Assembly (NCBI RefSeq): GCF_009914755.1
Contig: NC_060935.1
Direction: 5' to 3' (one strand)
DNA from: the human T2T-CHM13v2.0 reference genome, Homo sapiens
DNA length: 64,000 nucleotides
Part shown: in pieces, positions 34,716 through 47,788 of the stretch
Numbering within the stretch: the stretch's first letter is position 1
How the letters are laid out: the number at the start of each line of letters is the position of its first letter
Translations under genes and position numbers: made by a program
Notes under the pieces: generated by a model
Databases searched by the model: none
The model's input: only the letters and a program-made list of their open reading frames with translations
Told to the model about the DNA's origin: nothing

Positions 34716-36967
34716 AACTGAGTTGGGCTCTATGCTGAATTTAAAAAGCTCAAGGCCAGATCTCCTCAACTCAAGTTGATGCCTAGAATTTTACAACATA
34801 TCTAGGTGGGGAAAAAAAATCTCCATATCACTTCCTTCCAAACCACAAAATATTTACAGTTGAAATTGAAGATAAAGGTCCCACCTCAACTTTTCCCCTC
34901 TACTTAAAAAGCTTGGTCAGACTTGATAACATCTTATTATCATGGATGCCTGTTGGCATCCAAAAGTAATGGAGATTGCCTGTTATTGTAACTGCTGTAG
35001 TTTCTCTGGTTCCCATTCTATATTCCATCCTTTGGAATTCTATCCTATATTTCCTTAATCTTATTCTGATCTTCCTATTTTCCCAGTACATCTCATCTAA
35101 GCCATTTCTGGAAGTACCTTTTATTCAGTCATTTATGCTTTTAAAAAAGATTTACTCATCCAACCCCAACATGACTGCACCAATCTAAGCCTGGAGATGA
35201 GCAAGATATCTGGGGATCCTGCACTGTGTCAAGGTAGGTAGACATTTAAATGAGCAAATCACTTCATGGGTAAGGCTAATAATAGTAGCTCAAAGCAGGT
35301 GCAAATAACCGGGTCTTGAGTGAATGGATGAGGTTGACTGAGGGAATCTTCTAAGAGAAAGTGACATTTAAGCCGAACCAACAGAATGACCAGGAAATAC
35401 TCAGGGGAAGAAAAGAGGAAAAAGTGTTTCAATCAAAGACAATCCAACCATCGATCTTGACCTACGCTTCAAGCACAGCTAGGGTTACTACAGCCCAGCA
35501 AGAGCTATTCATCACTGCCATTGATCCTCCCTACCCACTAGAAAACTTTGAAATTTTAGAGCTCACATCTTGTTAAAATCTCTTCCCCTCTCAAGAACTA
35601 AAGCTTCTCCAGCACAACCTCAATTCACTCAGAGAAGGAGAGAAAAAGAAAAATAAGTTGTATTCAGAAAAACTCAAAAGCTCTCCATCTGTGAACTGTA
35701 GAGGACACTTGTTGATCAGATTGCCAGAGAAAGCCAACAGAAAGGCAGAGCCACCTTCTTTCCTCCCTTTCAAGAGCAGAGCTCAAAACTGCCTTCACGT
35801 CTAAACACATATGACCTGGTTGACAAGGTCATGCCATTTCTTTACCTGTCAAATAAATGGACTTTCTCAGTTTCCACTGTGGATGAAAATATAATATTTC
35901 TGTTTGCAATTTCAATTTCACAGATGACTGGCATCTGCAGGGACAGAGAATTCTAATAAAATTGCAGAAGCATTTAATACAATGACTGGCAGATGGGGAA
36001 AGGGTTTGTGGCAACTCCATTTTTCTGATTTTGTTAACAAAACATGGCATGTGCTTTTCTAATGCACTGACATTGTTTCATTTACAGTTTAAATCTGATG
36101 ACTACAAACAGTGATTAGGACTTTGGGGGAGGCAATGCCATTTACCACTTGAATGGTTTAATAATATATACTTCCTTGTATTTTTTTTCCAATCAGACAA
36201 TTAGCATTCCAGCTTCTGCCCTTAATAAAGTTACACAGGACAACTTCAAAAAATTATCTGAGTGCAAAAATTAAAAAAAAATATCTGAGTGCACCATTGA
36301 GTAAATAAATTATTTATGCACACTTGATTTGGAAATTAAGCAAAAGTGAAGTACTTTTTAACCATAATAGAGAGCCATTTAAATAAAAAGTAGGCCCAAT
36401 AGGTCACTATAAAATTAAAAGCCAGTATTGATGGAACAGGATGAGGCAATTGCAGGGAAAGTTGCTACTCAGCTGCTTAAAGAAGAAACATGTTAAAAGC
36501 ACAGTCCGTCTATCAACACTCCTTAAATGGTCCCTTCAAAGAGAAGGCTTAAGATAATCATGAAGCCAGATATGTATGTAATTTGCTTGCAGGCTTGCCC
36601 TGTGATGCTAGCGAAGTTTCTTGGGCATAAGTTTCAACGGTGATCAATTTAAAAGTGTTGAACTAGTTCCCAAGTGCTGGTTCTTGGACTAGAGGCTGGA
36701 TGGCTGTATAAGTATCATGTACTGAGTTTTTGTTGTTGATGATGTTGTTCCTGTGATTCCTGGGCTCTAACCACCAAAGAGTAGGATTCGGTGGGGCTGG
36801 AGTAGGGCCAGATGACTAGGTTTGGGAGCCATGGGCCTAACTTATTTCCAACTCTAAAGTGTACTCATACAAATGTACAATAAGAATCCCAAGGCACAAA
36901 CTTGCATTTGACTAAAAATGGCAAATACCTAAGATGGAGAGAGAGAGAGAGTATGTGTGGAGAAAGA

Positions 36968-37254
36968 GAGAGATGGGGTCTCGTTCTGTTGCCTCAGCTG
37001 GAGTGCAATGACATCATCTTAGCTCTCTGCAGCCTCGAACTCCTGGGCTCAAGGGATCCTCCTATCTCAGCCTCCTGAGTAGCTCGGACTACAGGTCTAT
37101 GCCACTACACCCAGCTAGTTTTTTTTCTATTTTTTGTAGAGATGGGCTCTGGCTATGTTGACCAGGCTGGTCTCAAACTCTTGGCCTCAAGTGATCCTCC
37201 TGCCTCAGCCTCCTAAAATGTTGAGATTACAGGCATGAGCCACTGCACCCAGCC
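36968..37254 (-). mobile_element. AluJ, antisense; A-tail position occupied by a (GA)n tract on the + strand
   Basis: GCAGCCTCGAACTCCTGGGCTCAAG-GATCCTCC (AluJ diagnostics); ends CCCAGCC. Confidence 0.88.
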
Positions 37255-38579
37255 ATTATAAGTATATTTTTAACTAACTGACTCTATGTAGCTATATGTA
37301 GATGTTGTGGGACAAGACATAGTTTGAGGTACTCAAGACAGTTTGAGACTGCTTTATTTAAGATGAGTTTGGTAATCCCTTATGTCTTCAGACCCAATTG
37401 TGCAGCTATAGGGAGCCTGGGCGAGCCACTGGCAGGCTAAGCTGAGCAGAAAGGAAAAACCAAATTGAAACTCAAGAACTACTGGAGCAAGAGAGCAAGG
37501 ACAAAGAGCAGCTCATGTGGAGCAAAGTCTGCTTTTCTCAGAGCCAAGACAATAACTGGAAACTACAGCAGGCTCTGCAGATAAATAAAATGTACTTTGA
37601 GGAAAACGGTGCTTTCTCCTGCACCAAAACCACAGGTTTTTCCTATGGATATTGAGGCAACTTGCACCAGGTGGTCCTCAAACCCTGCTCTTCCAGATAC
37701 AAATTTTTCAGTCTATAAAAAACCTTATCATGCAAATACTCTCAAGCGTAAGAAATAGCATATTAAGCTATATAATTTATCATCTACACTCTTCATCTTG
37801 AGAACTAGGTAAAAAGAAGAACCCCCAAAGGAAAGAGCTTCAGACAGACAAAGAGAGAAACCTCATGGGAGGTAACCAGGAGAAGGCAACCATAGAGGGC
37901 TGAACAGCAAGACAGCAAGACAGGCACCAAGTTCCACTCCACAATATTTCCTGGGAACAGCCTTGCCAATCCATGAAATAAGAAAAATGTTATTCTGTGC
38001 CTTCCCACTTCTCAGAATGCTTGCAAGGTAACAGTTGATGTTGTCATAATGCATCCCAGTACTATAAATAAATTAGCTGCATAGATCCACTATGATCACC
38101 TCTCACCTGGGGCAGTTTGGATGCCAGGTTTAGCTGATGATTGTCAGGAGAGCACTTAAAGAATGTCATTTCCGTTGTTTTATTACCTGACCCACTGCCA
38201 GTTGAGTCTTACCAGCCTGTCTGCAGTCTCATTAGTTGCCATGGATGCATCTCCTTATCTAAATGACATTTCAGACAACATCTGCCCTACCACCACCCTT
38301 AGAGAGGAGAGGGAGTTCTCCAAGGAGAATTCTGGAAACATCCCAACCTGTTTCATTATTATTACTATTAGTAGTATAATTACTTCATTATGTAGTTTTT
38401 AGCTCATATGACATCAAACTCTCCTGTTATTCATATAATAAGATCAATGAATAATTAAATTAGATCTCAGAAAAATCTACAGCTTGATACCACCAAATTA
38501 TACACATAAATACAGAGCACAAGCACGTGGCTAACTTTTCAAAACAATACCCTGTGTGTCACACTAGTTCAGCAGAACA

Positions 38580-38960
38580 AACATGAGCCAAGTGCCTGCT
38601 CATATAAGGCACTGTGCTAGACCCATTCTGTGGCCACATTTAATCTTCATGCCATATGGCAGACTGGATTATCCCTGTTACACGGGTAAGAAAATGGAGT
38701 CTCAGATTGGTCAAGTACAATGGAAACAACCACCTACCTAAGCCCTTCTTATGGGCCAGGCCTGTTCTAAGAGCTGTACATGCATCAGCTCATTTAATTC
38801 TCACAATAACCTATGAAGTAGGTTTAATTATTCCCATGTTACAGATGAGTAGATTGAGGCACAGAGATTATGTACACAACTCTTCAGTTTCAAACAGCTA
38901 GCACCAACACCAAGAATCAGAGCCAGGCAATTTGGCCTCTGTGTACTTGACCCTACCCTG
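38580..38960 (-). mobile_element. Nested/adjacent MIR fragments
   Basis: CTCATTTAATTCTCACAATAACCTATGAAGTAGG..CCCATGTTACAGATGAG..TGAGGCACAGAGA (reverse MIR core). Confidence 0.65.
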
Positions 38961-39988
38961 TTTCATTCTCAAATGGTATTAGATGGTATTAGGTCATAAA
39001 GATGGCAGTTAATAGAGATGAACTTTAACTCAGCCACACTCCAGGTAGGGTACTGAATCTGTATATGTTCCCACATATTTCACCTAAAGGCACTTGCTTT
39101 CAGTACAGATCAGAATCTAAATTCTCTTACGGCACAGACCTCGACCCAAGGAATTCTTTAAACTGAGTACTTAAAGTACAGATGCTTATTAACCAACTGA
39201 CAACTGATTTAAGCCCTCATATTACAGCCCTTTCTAAGCTGTACGTTTAAGAAGATAAGTGCATCATAAAACCTCATCCCCACTCACCTGGGGGTTTCCA
39301 GGCACCAGTCCTTAGGACATAAATGTTGGACCAGAGTTAGCTAGCACGAGAGTGCCATGGGGTAGGCGAATGGAAGGGAAGGAAAGAGAAAGAACAGGGA
39401 GGAAAGAGCAAAAGAGAAGAAAAGACATTTATTGAGTGCCTACTATGTTCTAGGAATTCTACTAGAACCTCTACATATGTTATTGCACTTCACCCTCATA
39501 ATAACCTATGAGGTGTGTAATAATACCCTGAAGATTATCTTCCTCATGTGCAAAACGAATCAAAATTAAACTAGTCTCTACCCAACATCAAAGCCTAATC
39601 TCTTTCCATTATTCTCATGGTGTCTCCCTAAGGTCAGCTCTTCAATGTCAGTTCCATTGGCCAAAAAAATATTTGATCCATCTCTCTTATCTCCATGTTC
39701 GCATCTATAAAATAGAGAGAATAACAGTTTTTCTTCAGAGTTATTCTGCAGATTAAATGAGGTAGCCCTTGTAAAGCATTTAGAAGTGTGCATGGCACAG
39801 AGTAACCACTCAATTGTCAGTGCTCTTAATGGATGATGTAGCAATGACCAAGAGAAGAAAGACATGCCGGGTTCTGCGCTAGGTGCAAGTGTTAAAAAAT
39901 TATACCACTCTGGCAAAACACACCTTAGGCCAGTTCAGCTTGCAGCCCTCCCTCAGCATCTCAAAGACCAGCAGGAGGCATTCTAGAG

Positions 39989-40150
39989 CAGTGCTTCTCA
40001 AGCTGCAATGTGCATATAAATCACCAGGGCATCTTGCGAAAATGCAGATTCTCGCTCAGTGGTTCTAGGCAGGGACCAGAGATTCTCCATTTGTAACAAA
40101 CTCCTAGGCAATGTTCTGGCCCAATACACCTCACTTTAAGTGGCTAGGAC
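39989..40150. mobile_element. MER5-family hAT-Charlie MITE
   Basis: TCTAGAG|CAGTGCTTCTCAA..AATCACCAGGG..AAAATGCAGATTCT..TAACAAACTCC. Confidence 0.7.
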
Positions 40151-42459
40151 CTAAGGAACTGCTTTCCTCCTATTTCCCAGCCTCTAAATTCTCCCCCTCT
40201 AATGTGCCTGAGATAATGAAAACAACCCAGGGAAAATAAATCATCTTCAACAACCAAATGTCAAATAAATCAAATCCTCAAGCACTGAGAGTATAACAGC
40301 TATTGAAGGCAGCTTTCTGGGGCTCCTGGGACTGCAAACCCTTTCTGCACACTCTCCTGGCAGCCAACTAATCACCAGGAGGAGGGAATGCCTTCATTTA
40401 GGCACATAAAACACAATGCCTACCCTTGAATCAAAAGGAGTAAAATGAATCTGATAAAGCCTGTGTGGCCCCAGGTCCAATTTGAAGGCTTAGTCCTTTT
40501 GTAATCTATTTAAACTCCCAAATGAATATAAAGAAGAGGAAGGACTAGCTTATTCATGTGTGTTAGAATACTTTTGGAATCTTTGTCCTCTCACTGTGTT
40601 CTTTCTCATTGTCCTCCCTCTAGCTGTATTTCCTCCACCAGCAACGTTCCATTTCAAGCCACAGGACTATAAAGACAGATGCCACAAAGTTCATCTGTTA
40701 TTGAGTGACCACAGGAAATGCCAGAGATTCTGAGAAGCAATTGAAATTGAACCATGTAACAGCCAACCTGACCCTCTTCACTCATGCCCCTCAGGATCCT
40801 GGGTGTAACATCAATTAAGACAAATTAACATAAAGAAAGTCGGACTGGAAGAAACACAATTTCTTTCAAGAAATACTAGCGGCCCCATGTTGCGATTCAG
40901 GCCATTGAGAAATATTTCAAGTATGACTCCGAGAAAAGCTTTCACAAATATTTTATGAGCTTCAAAATTATAAGAAGTCACCAAGCCCCTTCTTTTCACT
41001 GCTACCATTTTGCAAGGACAACATCACAAGGGGAGTGGAGCAAGGAGAGCAAGTGCAAGGAGCTTGCTTCATTCACTCGCTGACCTAGGAAGTCAGGAAT
41101 GCCATCTTGTCCTGGTCCTGTAAGGTCTTTATAATCCTTGTCCATCCAGGTACGATGAAGAAGGCAGGCTACACTAGAAACTAAATGTGGGATTTTGCCC
41201 ACTTTTCACGCATCAAGCCTCTTTCGAAGGTTGTGCTCTAAATGACCTCATTCAAAGTATAAGGAGAACATGCATTGGTGAAGAACATGGGCTCTGCAGT
41301 CAGACTTCTTGGGCTGTGGCACTTACTATCAGTGAGACGGTGGATAAATCTTAGTTTCTCTTAGTTTTGCTTTACTTATTCATGAATTGAGGTTAATAAA
41401 AGCACCAAACTATAAGGTTACTGTGACAACAAAATAACACATAAAGCACAATGCCTAGCATAGGTAAAAACTATTATCCTGCCTTGCAGCACTTACCAGG
41501 TATGAATGAAAAAGAAAGCAAAATTTGCAAGTTTCTGCCCCCTGTAACTGTATTGCTAGCTCATATTAGGACGCTGGATGATTTATAATATAATTGAACA
41601 CCAGAGGTAAATGTTTCTTTACTCTCTGGGCTTCAGCATCTCTATCTGTAAAATCAGGTGGTTGTATTAAATCTCTTACCTTCTCAATTCCAACAAGAAC
41701 TGTCTAGAAATTGTTGAGCAATTCCCCAGGGATGCAAGCAAATCCCCAAAGATCCCCTCCTTGAGGCTGAGATGGGGGCTGATATTAAATTACAGCTGCA
41801 CAAACAGCAACTTCATCACATGAGGTTTACCTAGCACTGTCTGTGTGTGTGTCTTTCATTCCTTCACCTTTGTGTTAGGCGTACCTATGCGCCAGATCCT
41901 AATGGAAGCAGTGAGATGGCCAGGATGCTGAGGTAAGTGAGATGTGGCCCCTAGAACCAAGAAACTCACAGACCAGTAACAGAATGAAGTCAGCATAAAG
42001 ACTGAAGGTGTAGGGCAGTGGGAATATTTGCTTTACTACTAGTGATAGAAAGGCTATCTGTGGTAACCTTCAGGATATCTCCCATGGACTCCAAGACTTA
42101 AGTAAAAATAGCAACCACTGTAACTCCTATGACTAGAGCTGCCCCTGCTATTATAAGTGCTTAAATGTTTACTCTATGCCAAGCCCATATCAACTACATT
42201 GAATCCTTTACATTAGTCCCCTGAATTAGGTATCATTATCTTCAATGGGCTGCAAACATCAGCCATCTTTCTGCTCTGGCTTCTGTTAACAGCAACCAGA
42301 CCACTCACAGATTTTTTTTTAGCCTAAGAGCCTACACTTACCCCACATGAACCCTTCCTGACTGCAGCTGTTTAGAACACAAACAAGAACTTGATCTCGG
42401 ACAGTCAATTTATGGACTGGTTAAGAAAAAGGGTCAACTGGACCAATTAAATTCTCTGG

Positions 42460-42967
42460 GCTTTCTCTCCCAGGGTACAGATTAGAATCAACTCTTTAAA
42501 TATATAGTTATCAGGCTCCACCTCAGGCCAGTTAAATCAAACTGAGGGGAGGTGAGCTGGCATGCATATTTTGTAAAGCTCTCTTGTTGACTCTAACATG
42601 AAGCCAAGGTTGAACATCACAGCTTTAGAGTAGTGGTTCTCCCCAAGTGGGGTCCCCAAAGTAGCAGCATCAGCATTTCTTGGGAACTTGTTAGAAATAC
42701 AGATTCTTGGGCTCCACTCCAGGCCTGCCAGATCAGAAATGCTGGTGGCTGTACCCAGCAATCTGCATTTGGACAAACCCTCCATATGATTCTGACAGAC
42801 ACTGAGGTTTGAGGACCACGGCTTTAGAGCCTCACTACTCAAAATGTTGTTCATCAACCAGCAGTATCGGAATCACCTGCAAACTTGCTAGAAGCACAGA
42901 ATATTCTGCCCCAACCTAGAGTTGGTGAATGAGTATCAGCATTTTCACAAGATCTCCAGATGACTGG
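42460..42967. mobile_element. Three consecutive MER5-family MITEs (about 42460-42622, 42631-42821, 42830-42967, the last resuming at 43879-43900)
   Basis: MER5A motifs (CAGCATCAGCATTTCTTGGGAACTTGTTAGAAAT; GAATCACCTG..CTTGCTAGAA); CTTTAGAG at 42623-42630 and 42822-42829. Confidence 0.75.
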
Positions 42968-43874
42968 TGAAAATTAAAAATCCTAAGCCCTTCAACTGAC
43001 TGAACGAACCCCTTTCTTGGCCAAGGGAATCCCAGAGAAACTGTAAAACCTGAGTTCCCTGCCATGAAAGGATGGGAAATCAGACACACCTCATTATATT
43101 CCCACCCTTTAGTTGTTTAGACACAACTGACCAGCATTAATGTTATACTAGAGATTATAAGACTGACAGAACAGACTCGTCGTGGCAATAAGACACCAAA
43201 TTATAAACAGGTCCTAGGGCCATGCCAGGCAATGGTTAAGTCACGCATCCCTACACTTAAAGAACAAGCTATGTTCTAACTGTCACAAGGTTTTCATTTT
43301 CCTCCAGCAGCTAAACCAGCACTGGCCCTGAGACAAACAATATTGAGACAATTGCAGCTCACCCACCATCAGAACTTGACTAACTGTCCCCCTTCCCTGT
43401 TCCACAAGCCATAAGTTCAGGTTTCTTGGACAAGAGACTGATTTCAGTAACTTTCTCCTGATACGAGACCATGGACCACAGTCTTGTTCTGGCTGGTTTA
43501 CAGAGAATGCTTATTGGATGCCTTCATGTCCTTGCTTCACCTTCTGATGTATAGGGCCTTATTGTAATGCATTTAAATGTTAAGTCTCCACCCCAAAGTG
43601 AACATGGGTCATATGTAACATTCAGATTTATTCTGTCGGCATGCTTCAGGACCCCTTTCGTGAATATTCACAGCTCCTCCTATAACCTGTTGAATATGTA
43701 TACTTGGCCAACTAATTTAGCATAGATCCCCGTTTCACCCTCCCCTCCCTTGAAAGCTCTGCCAGCAGCTACATTTCCCAGACTGTCAGGATGGCCACCC
43801 TGCAAGCCGTAACTTTGTATAAGAAATAGCATCTTCTTTCCAAAGTTATAGATCTCATGATTCTTCAGTTGACA
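42968..43874 (+). mobile_element. ERV1 MER4-group solo LTR (MER49/MER4D-like) nested in a MER5
   Basis: TG..AAAATCCTAAGCCC..ACTGACTGAACG..CTTGGCCAAGGG start, TCAGTTGACA end, near-TSD CTGG/CTGT; MER5 resumes TTAAAGTTTGAGA afterwards. Confidence 0.75.
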
Positions 43875-44384
43875 CTGTTATGTGCATTAAAGTTTGAGAC
43901 ACACAAAAAAAAAATTAAATGAGTTTCAATGGAAGAAGATAAAAATAGTCAAAAGAAGAAGCAATGACTCTCAACTAAGGAGTTGTACTCTACATGAAGA
44001 GAATTTATCAGAACAACCTGAGGGGTTCTCTCAACCTATTTGTACAGAATGCAGAGATTTCAGGAGGCAAGAATCACTGCCACTGATGAAAATATGTTGT
44101 ATTCCTCAGTGTGGTAGATGAAAATTAGGTTTATAAAACAGAAATTGAAAGAGGCTGGGAGGGAAAGCATGATGGGCATGGCAATGTGAAGATATAGAAC
44201 AGCAGAGGAAGATGGGTATAAAAAGAACTACATAGACAAGCAGAAAGAGGCTGACCCCATGAGGAAGAGAGAGCAAATGAGTAAATGATCACTAGAATTG
44301 TGTCTCCCACCTTCCCACTTTGGGTTCCAGTTCAGCAGTACCCTCACAATAAATAGCTTTTCTTGAGATGATTTGAAAGGGTCT

Positions 44385-44758
44385 TGATATGGTGTGGCTG
44401 TGTCCCCACCCAAATCTCATCTTGAATTGTAGCTCCCATAACTCCCACATGTCGTGGGAGGGACCCAGTGGGAGGTAATTGAATCATGGGGGTGGCTCTT
44501 TCCTGTGCTGTTCTTGTGATGGTGAATAAGTCTCACCAGATCTGATGGTTTTATAACCGTCAGATTATAAAATGGTAGTTCCCTGCACAATCTCTCTTCC
44601 CTGTCACCATGTAAGACGTGACTGCTCCTCTTTTGCCTTCCACCATGATGGTAAGGCCTCCGCAGCCATGTGGAACTGTGAGTCAATTAAACCTTTCCTT
44701 TATAAATTACCCAGTCTTGGGTATGTCTTTACTAGCAGTGTGAGAATAGACTAACATA
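44385..44758 (+). mobile_element. THE1B-like solo LTR (MaLR)
   Basis: TGATATGG-TTGGCTGTGTCCCCACCCAAATCTCATCTTGAATTGTAGCTCCCATAA..CCCAGTCTTGGGTATGTCTT; 5-bp near-TSD GGTCT/GATCT. Confidence 0.9.
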
Positions 44759-46159
44759 GATCTCTATCTCTGTAACTACAAGCATTCATTTTGTGCAGTG
44801 GCCACCCAAGAGTGCTCACTAGGAGAGGGATAACAAAGACAAAAACAAAAAACAAAAAGGAGGAAGCAGGCTTCACCAGGCAGCCACAGTCCCACTCAGA
44901 CTCCCAGGTGCTGAGGAAGATTTTGCCCAGAACCAGTTTGCCTCCTGAGATCGACTTCATGCCTCCAAACCAAATAAATGCCTGGAAGAGAGGAAGATCA
45001 ACAGCAAGCACTGGCTGGATGATGAGAAATGTACACATGTTTCGCCCACACAGAAATTTGAGACTTCAGCAGGTAGGCTCTCAGGTGCCCACATAGCTCA
45101 CCTCACCCTGGCAACATGTTTACTCTAATTGCACCTCATGTTTTGCCAAAGTGAGATGAGGAGGGTTTGAGGCATGAGGGGAAAGGATACAAAAAGAAAA
45201 CAAAGCCATTGAAATAAAATAAAGCCGCCCTGAAACCATCTCCTCAATATCCAGGGAAATGGATGTGCCATAACTATGGGGAAAATATACACACACACAC
45301 ACAAACACAAACACACACACACACATTTGATTAAAAAAAGCAGCCCTCCTCCACCTTTAGTGAAAATAAAAATCCCTATGAATAGCTAAATACATGATTC
45401 ATACTGTCTAGTGGAGAATATCCCTCAGCAAAAGTGTAAGCTACAAAATATTAATAAAAGAGATACACTTATGAGCAGTATAGCTACATGTTGTAATGCC
45501 ATGGGCATTGGACTAGTATAATTCTTGTACTCAAACCATGAAATCCAAAATTACCAATTGAAGACGGGGCTACCTGCATTCATTTACACTTCAACAAAGA
45601 GCTTATCAGGCCAAATGAAAATCACGGTGCTCCCAAGAATAAACAGCTGTCAACCTGTCTTCCACCCCAATCTACTTAACAGGTGGTACACACCTGTGAG
45701 ACATGTCCTTGCACAATTCTCCAGAGACAAGAGGAAATTGTTTCCATTTCTCTCTCATTCGAAGAAATCACAATGAAACATGAGAGGAAGAAGAATATTA
45801 TAATATGAATAACCTCGAGTATGCTGTGAATTATTTTTAAGTAAACAATTTACAACTTTGAAACTTTAATAAAAATAACAATATGCTTTTCATGTAGTTG
45901 TTCAACAAATATTTATGGAGCACCCACAATGCACCAGACACCATGCTAAGTAAGGGCTGAAATGGAAGCAGGAACAGGTTCTCTATTTCCTTTGTTTGGG
46001 AGACAGACAATTACACAAGCAACTAGAAAAAAAGGGGCAAATTACAAAATAATACATATAACATGATCTCATTTAAGTAAAAATACACAAGCCAAAACAT
46101 TACCATATATGCATATATAAAAAACACACAAAAAAGTTTTGGTAATCTATTCACTAACT

Positions 46160-46374
46160 CAGTGGTAAGCAAACCTTGTCCTGCAAAAGACTAGATAGTA
46201 AATATTTTCAGCTTTGTGGGCCATACAGTTGCTATCACAACTACTTGATTCTGTGGTTATAGTATGAAAGCAACCATAGAGTTCATATGTAAACAAAAGA
46301 GTATATCTGTGTTCCAATAAAACTTTATTTACAAAAATTGATTTGGTCCTCAGGTTGTAGTTTGCCAAACTCTG
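46160..46374. mobile_element. MER58A hAT-Charlie MITE
   Basis: CAG..GCAAAC..GATAGTAAATATTTTCAGCTTTGTGGGCCATA..GTGTTCCAATAAAACTTTATTTACAAAAA..GTTTGCCAAACTCTG. Confidence 0.85.
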
Positions 46375-46615
46375 CTCTAAATTACTAAAAGTAAGTTATT
46401 TTAAAGGAGTACAACTTGAGGGAGAGATGAGTTTAAAAGAGAGCTCTCCTTTTTACCCTCACAATCTCTTATTTCGTTTGAATAAATATCTACCTCTGAA
46501 TCCTCAGTCGTGAGCACAGTGCCTGGCACATAGCAATCACTAATAAAGACTCGTTCAATAAAATATATATCTGGATGAGTTCAATTACTCATCATACTTA
46601 AAAATCAGTGTGATT

Positions 46616-47788
46616 CAGCAAAAGAAAACCTCATTCCAGTCCCTGTGCCTGACTTGATTTAAATATTAGAAGTACACATTTGTGCATTCAAGGATTCCAA
46701 ATCCTTGGTGGAGGCCGACTCATGAAGATATCCCATTGGAACCAGTGTATCAAATACAATTGACCACCCACAAGGTGAACAGGCAACCTACAGAATGGGA
46801 GAAAATTTTTGTAATCTACCCATCTGACAAAGGTCTAATATCCAGAATCTACAAGGAACTTAAACGAATTTACAAGAAAAAAACAAACAACCCCATCAAA
46901 AACTGGGCAAAGGATATGAACAGACACTTCTCAAAGGAAGACATGTATGTGGCCAACAAACATGAAAAAAGGCTCATCATCACTCATCATTAGAGAAATG
47001 CAAATCAAAACCACAATGAGATACCATCTCACACCAGTTAGAATGGTGATTATTAAAAAGTCAGAAAACAACAATTGCTGGTGAGGCTGTGCAGAAATAG
47101 GAATGCTTTTACACTGTTGGGAGTGTAAATTAGTTCAACCATTGTGGAAGACAGTGTGGTGATTCCTCAAGGACCTAGAACCAGAAATACCATTTGGCCC
47201 AGCAATCTCATTACTGGGTATATACCCAAAGGATTATAAATCATTCTACTATAAAGACACATGCACACATATGTTTATTGCAGCACTATTTACAATAGGA
47301 AAGACTTGGAACCAACCCAAATGTCCATCTATGATAGACTGGATAAAGAAAATGTGACACATATACATCATGGAATATTATGCAGCCATAAAAAAGAATG
47401 AGTTGATGTCCTTTACAGGGACATGGATGAAGCTGGAAGACATAATTCTCAGCCAACTAACACAGGAACAGAAAACCAAACACCGCATGTTCTCACTCGT
47501 AAGTGAGTGTTGAACAATGAGAACACATGGACACAGGGAGGGGAACATCACACACCAGAGCTTGTTGAGGGGTGGGGAGCAATGGGAAGGAGAGCATTAG
47601 GACAAATATTTAATGCATGCGGGGCTTAAAACCTAGATGATGGGTTGATAGGTGCAGCCAACCACCATGGTACATGTATACCTATGTAACAAACCTACAT
47701 GTTCTGCACATGTATCCCAGAACTTACACACACACACACACACAACAAATGAAGTTGCAGTAAACTAAAAACAACAACAACAAAAAAA
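46616..47788 (+). mobile_element. 5'-truncated L1 (L1PA8/10-like) insertion with internal foreign segment and extended 3' tail; 16-bp TSD
   Basis: TT/AAAAATCAGTGTGATT at 46600-46615 and AAAAAACAGTGTGATT at 47789-47804. 3'UTR GCATGCGGGGCTTAAAACCTAGATGATGGGTTGATAGG. Confidence 0.85.

Noticed and set aside
39281-39345. Strong minus-strand splice donor (CAG|GTGAGT) with a distant pyrimidine tract
   Set aside because: Acceptor is poorly positioned, no recognisable coding frame and no supporting exons; cannot be supported without RNA data.
46682-46993. 103-aa ORF fusing unique sequence to L1 ORF2
   Set aside because: Non-ATG start, frameshifted end and no promoter or splice evidence; the insert itself is reported as a finding.
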